Assembly (NCBI GenBank): GCA_965250285.1
Contig: OZ252299.1
Coordinates: 4,832,001-4,896,000 of the forward strand
Direction: 5' to 3'
Source of the DNA: Myxococcota bacterium
GTDB lineage: Bacteria; Myxococcota_A; UBA9160; UBA4427
DNA: 64,000 bases
Part shown: piece after piece, positions 1 through 9,899 of the stretch
Position numbering within the stretch: the stretch's first letter is position 1
How the letters are laid out: each line of letters opens with the position of its first letter
The notes under the pieces: model-generated
Seen by the model: only the letters and a program-made list of their open reading frames with translations
What the model was told of the DNA's origin: nothing
The model's database searches: none
Translations under genes and position numbers: made by a program

Positions 1-2056
1 GCGGTGCGCTCGCCGCATCGTCGTACCAGTGCAGGCGACCCCGATACCGGCCGTGCGCTGCATCCTGCGCCGCGAAATAGATCATGCCGTCGGGGCCCTG
101 GGCCTTCGGGATCAGTCGCGTCTGTGCGCCGGCCGACAGACCGAACTCCGATCGCACGATGGCGATCTCCTGCACGAGCGGCGCACCGCCGACACCCTCC
201 TTGATGCCGATCAGCCGCGCCTCGTAGTCGCGAATCAGCGCGGTCGTCGTGTCCATCGAGAACAGCGAGACGGCGTCGCCCTGCTCGCTCGTCACGTCGC
301 CCTGGTACCAGTGGTCGCCGTTGTCGACGAGCGCCACCTCTTCGCGGTAGTCGTACGCGACATCGTCGAGGGGCCGCACGCGATGATCGGCATCGAGCGG
401 CGTCGTCGAAGCATCCTCGACGAACGTCTCGCCGACCCCGACCGGGAACCGGCTCGCGTTGCTCTCTTGCGTGACGTAGTACTCGACGCCGGTCTGGGTC
501 TCGCCCGTCGAGAGCTCGGGCGTGATCGACGGCCAGCTGCCGTCCGGGTTCATCTGCGCGCGCGCGATGCGCCAGACCGACTGGGGCGCGCTCGTGTCCA
601 TCCCCCAGTAGACGTAGTCGGGGGTGAACCAGATCGCGAGCGTGCGCCAATCCTGCCGACCGAGCCCGATCAGCGAGAAGGTGTCCCCGAAGTCGGTCGA
701 GTGCAGAATGCGCGAATGGAGATCGTCGTCGCCGGTGCCGACGTAGAGGTCGCCGTTCTCGGGATCGACGATGACGACATGGACGTGACGGACCGCGCCG
801 AGCACGCCGGGGTCGTTCAACCAGGCATCGAGCGAATCGAAATCGAGCAGTGTCTCCCAGGTCGCTGCGCCGCCGTTCGGATACGTCCCGCGGTAGACCT
901 TGTGGCGATTGGTCGGCACCAGGGCGGAGTACTCGCCCGCGAACACGTAGCCGGTCTGCGTCGACGCATCCCAGTAGGTGTCGAACATGTGGCGCAGCGC
1001 CTGCTTGTCCATCTGGAATGCCAGCGACCAGTTCGTCAGGTCGGTCGCGCGGTAGATGTCGGCGCCTACGATGAGAAAGTTGCCGAAGGGCGTCTGCGTG
1101 ATCCGCGAGAGGTCGTTCGGTGGCACAGGCGTGCTACCGACGACGACCGCATCTTCGAGGCCCGCCGTCGACTCGTAGAGCACGGTGCCGACACTGAAGA
1201 GGATCCGCGAGCCATCCCCCGCCAGGATGTTCTGCGCCAGCGACTGAGGCGCCAGGTCGATCCACGACACGTTCGACGCCCAGCCGACGACGGTGACGTC
1301 GAGCGACTGCGAGTACGACCCGCCCGCGAGCGTCGCCGTAATCTCGGCCTGACCGTCGGGGGCGAGGAAGTCGCTCGTGGCCGTGATCACGCCACTCGAG
1401 CTCACCGTGACGTTCGGATTGTTCGACGACCAGTCGACTTCGACATCGGGCCAGACCCGCAGCTGCAGCGACTGCCCGGCGGTCAGAGAGACGCGCTCGT
1501 CGAGAAACACGAACGGCACCGTGTAGAAGAACGCATTGTCCAAGCCCGGCGTCGGGTCATCGTAGTAGTGGAACGAGCCGTCGGCGGTCTCCTGACAGCG
1601 ACCGAGCGAGTGATCGACCGGGATCCGGCGCCCGACGAACGCGTCGGCGAGCGCGCTGCTCGTGTCGAAGAGGTAGAAGTCGATGCCGCGATCGGGCGTG
1701 AAGTCGGCGTGCAGCGGCGAGCCGGCGACCGCGCGGTCCTTGCCCGAGAGCCAGACGACCACCGACTCGCCCGGCGACACGGTGACGTCGGGCAGCTCGA
1801 AGCGGTCGGGGTCGGTCGGACTCCACGACAGCGACCACCCGAGCAAGCTCGCCGTCACGGCGCTGTCGTTGCGGATCTCGATCCAGGGCTGTCGCGAGCC
1901 ATCTTCGTCGAGGTACTCGGCGCCGAACAGCCGATCGTTTCGGCGCAACACCTCGTTGATGACGAAGCCTTCGGCCGCAGCCGGCCAGGCATGCACCCAC
2001 CCGGCCAGCAAGACCAGAACGATTGCGCAACACCGGGCGCGGGGGGGCCAAGTCAT
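1..2056 (-). CDS. Secreted protein: lamin-tail-like domain + Ig-like domain + BNR/Asp-box beta-propeller; 3' end runs off the window
   Basis: Not in the ORF track because there is no stop in the window; translated by hand from ATG 2056. Signal-peptide-like MTWPPRARCCAIVLVLLAGWVHAWPAAA, then VINEV...DEDGSRQPWIEIRN...PTPG (LTD-like), WSSNNPNVTVSSSGVITA (Ig-like) and RHVHVVIVDP..GDLYVGTGD..HSTDFGDTF (Asp-box). Confidence 0.8.
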   Translation of the reverse strand, partial: MTWPPRARCCAIVLVLLAGWVHAWPAAAEGFVINEVLRRNDRLFGAEYLDEDGSRQPWIEIRNDSAVTASLLGWSLSWSPTDPDRFELPDVTVSPGESVVVWLSGKDRAVAGSPLHADFTPDRGIDFYLFDTSSALADAFVGRRIPVDHSLGRCQETADGSFHYYDDPTPGLDNAFFYTVPFVFLDERVSLTAGQSLQLRVWPDVEVDWSSNNPNVTVSSSGVITATSDFLAPDGQAEITATLAGGSYSQSLDVTVVGWASNVSWIDLAPQSLAQNILAGDGSRILFSVGTVLYESTAGLEDAVVVGSTPVPPNDLSRITQTPFGNFLIVGADIYRATDLTNWSLAFQMDKQALRHMFDTYWDASTQTGYVFAGEYSALVPTNRHKVYRGTYPNGGAATWETLLDFDSLDAWLNDPGVLGAVRHVHVVIVDPENGDLYVGTGDDDLHSRILHSTDFGDTFSLIGLGRQDWRTLAIWFTPDYVYWGMDTSAPQSVWRIARAQMNPDGSWPSITPELSTGETQTGVEYYVTQESNASRFPVGVGETFVEDASTTPLDADHRVRPLDDVAYDYREEVALVDNGDHWYQGDVTSEQGDAVSLFSMDTTTALIRDYEARLIGIKEGVGGAPLVQEIAIVRSEFGLSAGAQTRLIPKAQGPDGMIYFAAQDAAHGRYRGRLHWYDDAASAP

Positions 2057-2377
2057 CTCGGGTGATCCAACGACGAGCGGGCGATCGGCGTTCGATCTCA
2101 GCCGGATGCCGGCCCGACTTGTCCGAGCTGGCGAGAGACCGCGCGCCGGGCGCAGGCTCCGCCTTTCATGCGGCGCGGAGCCTCTTGATTGTACCTGCGC
2201 GGGCCTGCCGGGTGTCGATCGAAGCGTCGCTGACGCGCTCGTACAGCATCCCGGAAGACTTCCGACGACTCTGGGACGCGACGATGCGCAACTCGCGCCG
2301 GCGAGACGATGACACCGACGAGAGACGCGCCTCGAACGATCGATCGAATCGGGTGCGCGGGGCGCCCGCGTGGCGCC

Positions 2378-3226
2378 CTAGGGCAGACCCGCCCGCGCGG
2401 TCTCGACCCGAACCGTCTCGATGCAGCCGTCTCGGGCGGAGGTCTTCGCGGGGTCGGAGTCGCCGGCGGTGCAGATGAAGAGTGTGCGGCCATCGGCGCC
2501 GCCGAGCATGCACGCGAACGCCTGCTTCTCGATCGCGACCCGATGGGTCACCTCGCCGCCTTCGAGCACGCGCAGACACTCATGGCTCACGGGCGACGCG
2601 ACCCAGATGCCGCCCTCTTCGTCGAGACAGATGCCGTCGGGGACGGCGCCTTCGAGCGGTGCCCAGACCCGGCGATTCGAGAGCGAGCCATCCGACGCGA
2701 CATCGAAGGCCGTGAGTCGGGCGCCGAAGCTCTCGCCGACGACGAGCGTTGCCCCATCCGGCGTGATGACCGTGCCGTTCGGGAACATCAGGTCGGGTGC
2801 CGCGACCCGCACCGAGTCGTCGGTATCGACCAGGATCATGTTGGCCGACACGGGCTTGCCGCCCCCGTGCAGGTCCCAACCGAAGTTGCCGACATAAGCG
2901 CGACCCGCGGCGTCGACCACCATGTCGTTGCAGTGGAACGTCGCATACGGCGAGAGGTCGGCGACCTCGCGCAGCGAACCGTCGTCGCCCAGCGCAACGA
3001 GCTTGCGATCCTGCATCGACACGATGAGCAGCGTGCCGTCGGGCCGCCAGCCGAGACCCGAAGGCTCGTGCGGCACCCGCACGATCTCTTCGCTCTTGCC
3101 GTCTTCGTCGACCGCGAGCACGACGCCGGCGTGCATGTCCGAGAACCAGAGCCGGCCGTCATGCCAGCGCGGCCCCTCGCCGAAGCACAGCCCTTCGAGC
3201 AGAACCTCGGTCGTGAGCGCGCTCAT
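2378..3226 (-). CDS. SMP-30/gluconolactonase/LRE family protein
   Basis: [25 protein letters not shown] and PDGICLD motifs. ATG 3226 overlaps the stop of the upstream VOC gene. Confidence 0.9.
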   Translation of the reverse strand: MSALTTEVLLEGLCFGEGPRWHDGRLWFSDMHAGVVLAVDEDGKSEEIVRVPHEPSGLGWRPDGTLLIVSMQDRKLVALGDDGSLREVADLSPYATFHCNDMVVDAAGRAYVGNFGWDLHGGGKPVSANMILVDTDDSVRVAAPDLMFPNGTVITPDGATLVVGESFGARLTAFDVASDGSLSNRRVWAPLEGAVPDGICLDEEGGIWVASPVSHECLRVLEGGEVTHRVAIEKQAFACMLGGADGRTLFICTAGDSDPAKTSARDGCIETVRVETARAGLP

Positions 3227-3714
3227 GCGCCCGCGGCCGCAGCGACCTTCGCGAACGCGTCGATCACCTCGCTCGGTGCCTGCACGAGCTCGACGAGCAC
3301 GCCTTCGCTGCCGATGGGCGCATCGTCGTTGCCCTTCGGATGGATGAAGGTCACGTCGTAGCCGGCCGCGCCCGCGCGAATGCCACCGGGGGTGAAGCGC
3401 ACGCCCTGCCCCTCGAGCCACTCGACGGCGGCCTTCAGATCGTCGACCCAGAGCCCCACATGGTTGAGCGCCGGGTCGTGCACCTTCGGCTTCTTGTCGG
3501 CGTCGATCGGCTGCATCAGGTCGACCTCGACCGCGAAGGGGCCGTGGCCCGCCTCGCAGATGTCCTCGTCGACGTTCTCCTTCTCGGCCTTGTACGTGCT
3601 CTTGTAGGTCAGACCCATGATGTCGACCCAGAAGTGCTTGAGCTTCTGCTTGTCGAGACCGCCGACGGCGATCTGCTGAATGCCGAGGACCTTGAAGGGA
3701 CGTTCCGTGGACAT
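3223..3714 (-). CDS. VOC (glyoxalase / methylmalonyl-CoA epimerase-like) family protein
   Basis: [24 protein letters not shown] and GVLVELVQ motifs. AGGAG RBS upstream. Confidence 0.85.
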   Translation of the reverse strand: MSTERPFKVLGIQQIAVGGLDKQKLKHFWVDIMGLTYKSTYKAEKENVDEDICEAGHGPFAVEVDLMQPIDADKKPKVHDPALNHVGLWVDDLKAAVEWLEGQGVRFTPGGIRAGAAGYDVTFIHPKGNDDAPIGSEGVLVELVQAPSEVIDAFAKVAAAAGA

Positions 3715-3781
3715 GGGGTTCTCCTGGATGGGGACGGGGCGTCGAGTCTAGCCGAGCACGGCGACGCGCCGCCGCGCTCGG

Positions 3782-3827
3782 TCGTGCGACGCTGGGCCGC
3801 GCGCGTTCGTGCGACGCTAGGCCGCGC
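3782..3827. repeat. 21-bp direct repeat, period 25, spanning the rlmE stop codon
   Basis: TCGTGCGACGCTGGGCCGCGC (3782-3802) vs TCGTGCGACGCTAGGCCGCGC (3807-3827), 20/21 identical. Confidence 0.85.
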
Positions 3828-4431
3828 CTTCGAAGCCGCGTGCGAGCAGGTACTTTTCGGTCGAGCCCTTGCGCGTGCTCTTGCACTTGATGGTCTTGGC
3901 CTTGTCGAAGCGCTGGCCGAGCCGCTTCACGGCAGCCTGGGCTTCGGGCCCGTCGAGGATCTTGATCAACAGATCGCCCCCCGCGCGCAGCAGCCGCGGC
4001 AGCTGCCACTCGATCGCCTCGAGCAGGCGCTCCTCCATCGCGCGGTCGCGCTCGCGTACGCCCGTCAGCTTCGGTGCGGCATCGGAGAGCACGACGTCCG
4101 CCGCCCCTTCGAGCAGCTCGACGAGCCGGTCGGTCGTGGCCGCATCTTCGAGATCGCCGACGAAGGCCTCGACGTTCGACTCGGCGAACGGCGCCTCGAG
4201 CTCGGCGAGATCGACGCCGACGACACGCCCGCTCCCCCCGACGATGCTCGACGCGTACTGCATCCAGCCCCCCGGCCAGCAGCCCAGGTCGGCGACCTTC
4301 TGCCCCTGGGCGAGCACGCGATGCGCCTTCTGCATCTCGTCGAGCTTGTAGTACGCGCGAGAGCGGGTCCCTTCGCTCTTCGCCTTCTGATGAAAATGAT
4401 CCTTGCGCTCGTACCGTGCCAAAGCGCGCAC
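3817..4431 (-). CDS. rlmE: 23S rRNA Um2552 methyltransferase RlmE (start may be TTG 4422)
   Basis: DHFHQKAKSEGTRSRAYYKL, DLGCWPGGW, VLSDAAP, LIK and STEKY. The K-D-K-E tetrad is present. Confidence 0.92.
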   Translation of the reverse strand: MRALARYERKDHFHQKAKSEGTRSRAYYKLDEMQKAHRVLAQGQKVADLGCWPGGWMQYASSIVGGSGRVVGVDLAELEAPFAESNVEAFVGDLEDAATTDRLVELLEGAADVVLSDAAPKLTGVRERDRAMEERLLEAIEWQLPRLLRAGGDLLIKILDGPEAQAAVKRLGQRFDKAKTIKCKSTRKGSTEKYLLARGFEGAA

Positions 4432-4460
4432 CTCCGGCGATCCGCCGCCTCGAACGCACA

Positions 4461-4490
4461 GCGCCGTCCGCCGGGGTCGACGGACGGCGC
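4461..4490 (-). terminator. GC-rich hairpin downstream of rplC (possible terminator or stabiliser)
   Basis: GCGCCGTCCG-N10-CGGACGGCGC perfect 10-bp stem; weak U tract. Confidence 0.45.
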
Positions 4491-4534
4491 CTCGATTCGG
4501 TTCGACCTCTGCGCCCTCGGGCGCGGGGAACGGA

Positions 4535-5182
4535 TCAGTGACCGGTGCCGACCGCCTTGCGGACGCTCACGATGCCGTTGTTGTGACCCGGTACGGCGCC
4601 GCGGACGAAGATCAGATTGCGCTCGGCATCGAGCTTCACGACCTCGAGGTTCTTCGTCGTGACTCGAACGTTGCCCATCTGACCCGCATGCTTCTGCCCC
4701 TTGATGACTCGGCCGGGGTTGGCGCCCGCACCGATCGAGCCCGGGTGCCGGAAGTACTCGTGCGTACCGTGCGACCGCTTCTTGATCGCGAAGCCATGGC
4801 GCTTGACGACGCCCTGGAAGCCACGGCCCTTCGAAGTGCCGATCACGTCGACGCGCTCACCCTCTTCGAACTGGTCGAGGCCCAGCTCCTGGCCGACCTC
4901 GAGCTCGGCGATTTGCTCGGCCGAGAGCCGGCTCTCCTTCAGGTGTCGCTTCGGCGAGACGCCGGCCTTCGCGAAGTGACCCTGCATGGGCTTGGTCACG
5001 AGCTTCTCGCGCTTGTCGCCGGTGCCGAGCTGAATGGCGTCGTAGCCGTCGGCGCCGTCGCTGGTCTTCTTCTGGACGATCACGTTCTGGTCGAGCACCA
5101 GGACGGTGCAGGGGACGGCCTCGCCGTTCTCGGCATAGACCTGCGTCATGCCGAGCTTTCGGCACATCAGTTCGATGGACAC
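4535..5182 (-). CDS. rplC: 50S ribosomal protein L3
   Basis: KLGMTQ, DGYDAIQLG, SKGRGFQGVVKRHGF, PGSIG..PGRV and GAVPG motifs. GTG 5182 with GGGAG RBS; the ORF-track N-terminal extension is spurious. Confidence 0.97.
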   Translation of the reverse strand: MSIELMCRKLGMTQVYAENGEAVPCTVLVLDQNVIVQKKTSDGADGYDAIQLGTGDKREKLVTKPMQGHFAKAGVSPKRHLKESRLSAEQIAELEVGQELGLDQFEEGERVDVIGTSKGRGFQGVVKRHGFAIKKRSHGTHEYFRHPGSIGAGANPGRVIKGQKHAGQMGNVRVTTKNLEVVKLDAERNLIFVRGAVPGHNNGIVSVRKAVGTGH

Positions 5183-5382
5183 GGGTGGATCTCCCGGCTC
5201 CGGATTGGAACGCGCATGCGTTCGTCGCGGGCCAAAGGGTTGGCTGACCGGGTGCGATGCCCGGCCTCTCTTCCTCGCCCGGCGCGACGGCGGCGGCCCG
5301 AAGCGCTCGGGATGCGGCAGACGGCGGCGGGGCGGGTCTCGGGCGGGGCGCCAGCGGCGCTTCGGGTGCCCGAGGGCCGCGC

Positions 5383-5411
5383 AATATAGGAGGGCCCCGG
5401 AGCGATGTCGA
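5383..5411 (-). promoter_or_regulatory. Sigma70-type promoter for rplC
   Basis: Minus strand TCGACA-N17-TATATT, about 200 nt upstream of the start codon. Confidence 0.65.
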
Positions 5412-5495
5412 TGGTCGCGGGAAGCGCGATACCCGGCGGCGCGGCGGATCGCGATTCCCTGCGGGGCATTCATCGTGGGTTCTGTGCAAGCGCTT

Positions 5496-5530
5496 GATAT
5501 CGAAACGATATCGCGCCGACCGGATATACT
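5496..5530 (+). promoter_or_regulatory. Palindrome plus -10-like element upstream of the phosphodiesterase/GT operon
   Basis: GATATCG-AAA-CGATATC (5496-5512) and TATACT (5525-5530). Confidence 0.4.
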
Positions 5531-5548
5531 CGCGCTCCACCCCGCGTC

Positions 5549-7324
5549 GTGCCGGCCGAGCTCGCCCGCTCACGCTGGCGCGACACGCCCGAGCGAGACC
5601 CCACCCCCTTGGTCACGGCACCGCACGCCCCCGAATCAGCGTCCGCAGGCGAGGCCGCGCTCCGCCCCGTGCTCGTGCTCGCCCTCGACGGCGCGACGTT
5701 CGATGTGATCGAACCTCTCGTCGAAGCGGGTCGGCTGCCGAACCTCGCGCGATGGATGCAGCGCGGTCGCCACGCGCCCCTGCCGTCGACGACGCCTCCG
5801 GTGACCTTCCCGGCGTGGACGTCGTTCATGACGGGGCTCGAGCCGGGCGATCACGGGATCTTCGATTTCACACAGAAGGTGCCGAGCGCGTACCGCATTC
5901 GCTTCGTGAATGCGTCGGATCGTGCAACGCCGACGATCTTCGACCGCACGCACGAAGCCGGCGGCCGCGTGCTCGTGCTCGGCATGCCCGCGACCTACCC
6001 GCCGCCGACCGCCGATCGCCTGGGCGGGCTGCTGGTCTGCGGCTTCGACGCGCCCGTCTCGACGCAAACCGATGCGAGCTCGGCCAGCGACCCCGACCTC
6101 TACGAACGCATCGCCAGCGAAGCCGGGCCGTGGATGCGCCCCGACCTCGACGAGTCGGCCCGCGCCTCCGACTTTCACGAACGCGCCATCGATACGCTGC
6201 TCGCGCGCATCGAGCGCAAGAAGCGCTTCGCCCTCGAGGCCCTCGCACGCATGCGGCGCGAAGGCAGTGCCCCCGACCTGTTGACGATCGTCTTCAGCGA
6301 GAGCGACACCGTCGGTCACCACTACTGGCGCGATCACGACCCCGACTCGCCGCGGCACGACTCCGACGCGGGCGACGCTCGCCGGGGCGCGATCACCGCC
6401 GTCTACGAGGCACTCGATACGGCTTGCGGTGAGTTGCGCGCAGCGTTCGGCGAAGAGGCGCTCTGCCTCGTCGTCTCGGATCACGGCATGGGCAGCGCTG
6501 CGCGCGAGGTCGTGCACCTGAACGCCTATCTCGCCGCGCAGGGCCTGCTCACCCGTCAGGGTGCCGGCGCGCTCGACGCCTGGGCGAAACGCGCCCGCGA
6601 CCTCGCGCTGAAGCTGCTGCCGGCTCGCCTCGCTCAGCTGATCTTTCGGCGCGCCCGCGGCGCCGCCGCGCGGCTCGAGAGTGCAGCACGCTTTGGCGGC
6701 GTCGACTGGAGCCGAACCCTCGCGTTCAGCGAAGAAGCCAACACGCAACCGGGTGTGTGGCTGAACGTCGCCGGTCGCGAAGCCCAGGGCTGCATCGCCC
6801 AGGCCGACTACGAGCGCGTTCGAGACCGCGTGATCGACGCGCTGCTCGACTGGAAGCTGCCGAGCGGCGAGCCCGTCATCGCCCGGGCGCGTCGCCGCGA
6901 AGACGTCTATTTCGGGCGCTTCGTCGAGCGCGCGCCCGACGTCCTGGTCGAGCTCGCCCGTCTCGACGGCCACGGCCTGTCGCTCGTGCCCACCGATTGG
7001 GATGCGGTCGCGAGCGGCGCCGGCTCGGTGACCGTGCTCGATGGCGAATCGCTCGGTGGCGGCCGAGGCCGCGGCATGAACGGGACCCATCGTCCCGACG
7101 GCATCTTCATCGCCGATGGGCCAGGCGTCGAGGCCCGCGCGGGCAGCGAGCCCCTGCCCTGGCCCTCGACGCTCTCGCGCGTGGCCGCGAGCATCGCGCA
7201 TGGCCTCGGCATCGAATGGAAGCCCGAGGCGACGGCCGCCCAGGTGCCGACTCGCACCGACTACAGCGAGGAAGAAGACGCGATGGTGGCCGAACGCCTG
7301 CGCGCGCTGGGGTATCTCGAGTGA
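5549..7324 (+). CDS. Alkaline phosphatase superfamily / type I phosphodiesterase-nucleotide pyrophosphatase
   Basis: VLALDGATFD, STTPPVTFPAWTSFMTG, DTVGHHYW, VSDHG, GTHRPDG and C-terminal ERLRALGYLE. Start uncertain. Confidence 0.88.
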   Translation: MPAELARSRWRDTPERDPTPLVTAPHAPESASAGEAALRPVLVLALDGATFDVIEPLVEAGRLPNLARWMQRGRHAPLPSTTPPVTFPAWTSFMTGLEPGDHGIFDFTQKVPSAYRIRFVNASDRATPTIFDRTHEAGGRVLVLGMPATYPPPTADRLGGLLVCGFDAPVSTQTDASSASDPDLYERIASEAGPWMRPDLDESARASDFHERAIDTLLARIERKKRFALEALARMRREGSAPDLLTIVFSESDTVGHHYWRDHDPDSPRHDSDAGDARRGAITAVYEALDTACGELRAAFGEEALCLVVSDHGMGSAAREVVHLNAYLAAQGLLTRQGAGALDAWAKRARDLALKLLPARLAQLIFRRARGAAARLESAARFGGVDWSRTLAFSEEANTQPGVWLNVAGREAQGCIAQADYERVRDRVIDALLDWKLPSGEPVIARARRREDVYFGRFVERAPDVLVELARLDGHGLSLVPTDWDAVASGAGSVTVLDGESLGGGRGRGMNGTHRPDGIFIADGPGVEARAGSEPLPWPSTLSRVAASIAHGLGIEWKPEATAAQVPTRTDYSEEEDAMVAERLRALGYLE

Positions 7325-8133
7325 CGGGCATCGCGCGCCACGATGATCTGCCCTTCGACCTCACCGACCTGCGCGGCGAGGCCGTCGTGCGGCCCGACCT
7401 CTCGCTGGTCTTCCCCGTGTTCGACGAAGAGGAGAACCTGCCCGAGCTCATCCGTTCGGCGCGACGCATCGGCGCATGGCTGGCCCCCGAGTTCGAGATC
7501 GTCGTCGTCGACGACGGCAGCCGAGACGCGAGCGCCGACATCGTCGATGGCTGGTCGAGCCTCGATCCCCGGGTCCGACTCGTCCGTCATCACGCGAACG
7601 CGGGCTACGGCGCGGCGCTGCGCACCGGTCTCAAAGCTGCGCGGGGCGAGCTGATCTTCTTCAGCGACGCCGATCTGCAGTTCGACCTCGCCGAGCTCGA
7701 GAAGCTGCTCGAGCACACGGGCGACTACGACATCGTGGCCGGCTTCCGCGCACCCCGACGCGATCCGTGGCCGCGGCTCGTGCTCGCATGGGGCTGGGGC
7801 GGCCTCGTTCGCGCACTCTTCGATCTGCCCGTGCGAGACATCGACTGTGCGTTCAAGGTGTTCCGACGCCACGTGATCGAGCGGCTCGACACCGAATCGC
7901 TCGGCGCGTTCATCAATACCGAGCTGCTCGTCCGGGCGCGCACCGCCGGGTTCCGCATTCACCAGGTACCGGTGGCGCACCGACGGCGGCGACACGGACG
8001 CCAATCGGGCGCGAACCCCCGCGTCATCGCCAAGGCCCTCGCCGAGCTGCTGCGACTGCATCGTGGTCTGCGCAGGGCGGCGCGCCGAGTCCGACGAGAG
8101 GCCCGCGCAGCGAGGCGCGCAGAAGGGGCGTGA
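7321..8133 (+). CDS. GT2 glycosyltransferase (polyprenol-phosphate glycosyltransferase-like)
   Basis: LVFPVFDEEENL, VVDDGSRD, NAGYGAAL, FSDADLQF and DIDCAFK. GTG overlaps the previous stop. Confidence 0.9.
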   Translation: MTGIARHDDLPFDLTDLRGEAVVRPDLSLVFPVFDEEENLPELIRSARRIGAWLAPEFEIVVVDDGSRDASADIVDGWSSLDPRVRLVRHHANAGYGAALRTGLKAARGELIFFSDADLQFDLAELEKLLEHTGDYDIVAGFRAPRRDPWPRLVLAWGWGGLVRALFDLPVRDIDCAFKVFRRHVIERLDTESLGAFINTELLVRARTAGFRIHQVPVAHRRRRHGRQSGANPRVIAKALAELLRLHRGLRRAARRVRREARAARRAEGA

Positions 8134-8137
8134 GCCC

Positions 8138-9301
8138 ATGGCCGCACCGCAGCTCGCCTTGATCGGTGCGTTCCCGTTCCCGCTTCCGCAAGGCTCACAG
8201 GTCTACTTCGAAGATCAGGCGCGCGCGCTGAGCAGAGCCGGCGCGGCGTGCACGCTCTTCACCTACGGCCGTGGCCGCGGCGCGGCCCCCGCCGATCTCC
8301 GCATCGAGACGCCCGCGGCTGGCTCCGCACCGAAACACATGCGATCCGGGCCGAGCTTCGCGAAGCCCTTCGCCGATGCCGCGCTCCTGCGCACCTTCTT
8401 GTCGGCGTGTCGGCGCGAGCGCTTCGACGCGGTGCTCGCGCACAACGCCGAGGCCGCCGCAATCGCGCTCACGGCGCGTCGATGGACGGGCATTCCCGTC
8501 GTGTACGTCGTGCATACGCTGCTCGACGTCGAGCTCTCGGCCTATCTGCCGGCGTGGGCCGAAGCGTCGGCCAACGCGATCGGCGGGCGCATCGACCGAG
8601 GGCTCGCGCGGGGGGCCGACGGGCTGATCGTGCTCGCCGACTCGGCCGAGCAGGCACTCGCAGGTGTCGCCCGGGGCGAAATCGCGCGCATTCCGCCCGC
8701 CCTCTCCGCCGCCGAAGCACCGGGCCAGAAAGAGATCGACTGCGCGTGCGCGCGCTTCGACCTCGACCCAGATCACTACGTGCTCTACTCGGGCAACCTC
8801 GATGGCTATCAAGAGCTCGAGCTGCTCGACGCCGCCGCTCGGCACCGGCCCGCCAGCGCGCCACCGATCGTCGTCGCGACGCACACCGAACCGACTGCCG
8901 CCGAGCGCGCCGCGCTCGCTGCGCTCTCACTCGTGCACATCGACGGATTCGATCGCATGCGCGCGCTCGCGTTCGGCGCTCGGGCGCTGGTGCTCGCGCG
9001 CCGCCGCGTCGGGGGCTTCCCGATCAAGCTGCTCAACTACATGGAGACCCGCCGGCCCATCGTGGCGTACGCGAGCGTCGCCGAAGGGCTCACGCATGGC
9101 ACGTCGGCCTGGCTGCTCGGCGACGAAGCTGGACCCACGGCGATCGCCGGGGCGCTCGATGCGCTCGACGCCGACGCCGATCTGCGCGCGCGACTCGGGC
9201 AAGGCGCGCGCGCCCGGCTCGCGTCGCACCACGACCCGTCGAAGCTCGCCACCCGCACGCTCACGTTCGCCGAGAAGACCATCGCAGCGGGTCGCCCCTG
9301 A
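8138..9301 (+). CDS. GT4 (GT-B fold) glycosyltransferase
   Basis: PFPLPQGSQV, AHNAE, YSGNLDGYQ and GFPIKLLNYM. Confidence 0.85.
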   Translation: MAAPQLALIGAFPFPLPQGSQVYFEDQARALSRAGAACTLFTYGRGRGAAPADLRIETPAAGSAPKHMRSGPSFAKPFADAALLRTFLSACRRERFDAVLAHNAEAAAIALTARRWTGIPVVYVVHTLLDVELSAYLPAWAEASANAIGGRIDRGLARGADGLIVLADSAEQALAGVARGEIARIPPALSAAEAPGQKEIDCACARFDLDPDHYVLYSGNLDGYQELELLDAAARHRPASAPPIVVATHTEPTAAERAALAALSLVHIDGFDRMRALAFGARALVLARRRVGGFPIKLLNYMETRRPIVAYASVAEGLTHGTSAWLLGDEAGPTAIAGALDALDADADLRARLGQGARARLASHHDPSKLATRTLTFAEKTIAAGRP

Positions 9302-9322
9302 AGCGGGTTGCCCGGCGTGCGG

Positions 9323-9895
9323 TCAATCCGGATCGTGCAAACCGTCGAGGAGGGTGCGCACGGCTGCGGGGCCGAGCGAACGAAGGCGCTCGACGTTGCG
9401 CGCCGGGATCGCTTCGGCGTCGGGGTGCAACGCCACCGCGGCGCTCACGCTCGCTTCGCGCAGCAGATGGAGCATCGGCCACGGCGACCGGTTGGTCGCA
9501 TTCGCCGGGTCGTCGGCGGGCACCCCCGCAAAGCGGTAGTGCGGATGAAAGGACGCGATCTGCAGCACGCCCTCGTAGCCGCGCTCGACCAGCAAACCCT
9601 CGGCCAGGTCGAGAAACGCGTTGTACGCATCGAAGTCGCCGAGCACGCGCGGGTGCACGAGCAAGGTCGTCTCGAGCGCGTCGACGTCGGTCGCGACCAG
9701 CCGCGTCATCTCGGCGTCGAGATCGGCGAGCAGGGTCGCCTCGTCGCGCGCGTCCGTCACGCACACGTCGACGCGACCCGATCGAAACGGCTCCTGGGCG
9801 AACGGACACAGCCCGAGTGCGATGACGACGCGGTCGATGAAGCGGCGCGTCTCGCGCTCGACGCGCGCCGTGTCGACCGCGGGGCGAGGGGGCAA
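9323..9895 (-). CDS. DUF1415 family protein
   Basis: VIALGLCPFA, ETTLLVHP, QIASFHP, TNRSPWPMLHLLRE and IPARN. TTG 9895 with GAGG RBS. Confidence 0.88.
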   Translation of the reverse strand: MPPRPAVDTARVERETRRFIDRVVIALGLCPFAQEPFRSGRVDVCVTDARDEATLLADLDAEMTRLVATDVDALETTLLVHPRVLGDFDAYNAFLDLAEGLLVERGYEGVLQIASFHPHYRFAGVPADDPANATNRSPWPMLHLLREASVSAAVALHPDAEAIPARNVERLRSLGPAAVRTLLDGLHDPD

Positions 9896-9899
9896 GCGT

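Noticed and set aside
29..2065. 678-aa plus-strand ORF
   Set aside because: Antisense shadow of the minus-strand secreted protein; Arg/Val-rich with no motifs.
2060..2377. Small ORFs in the gap before the SMP-30 gene
   Set aside because: No convincing RBS, codon bias or motif.
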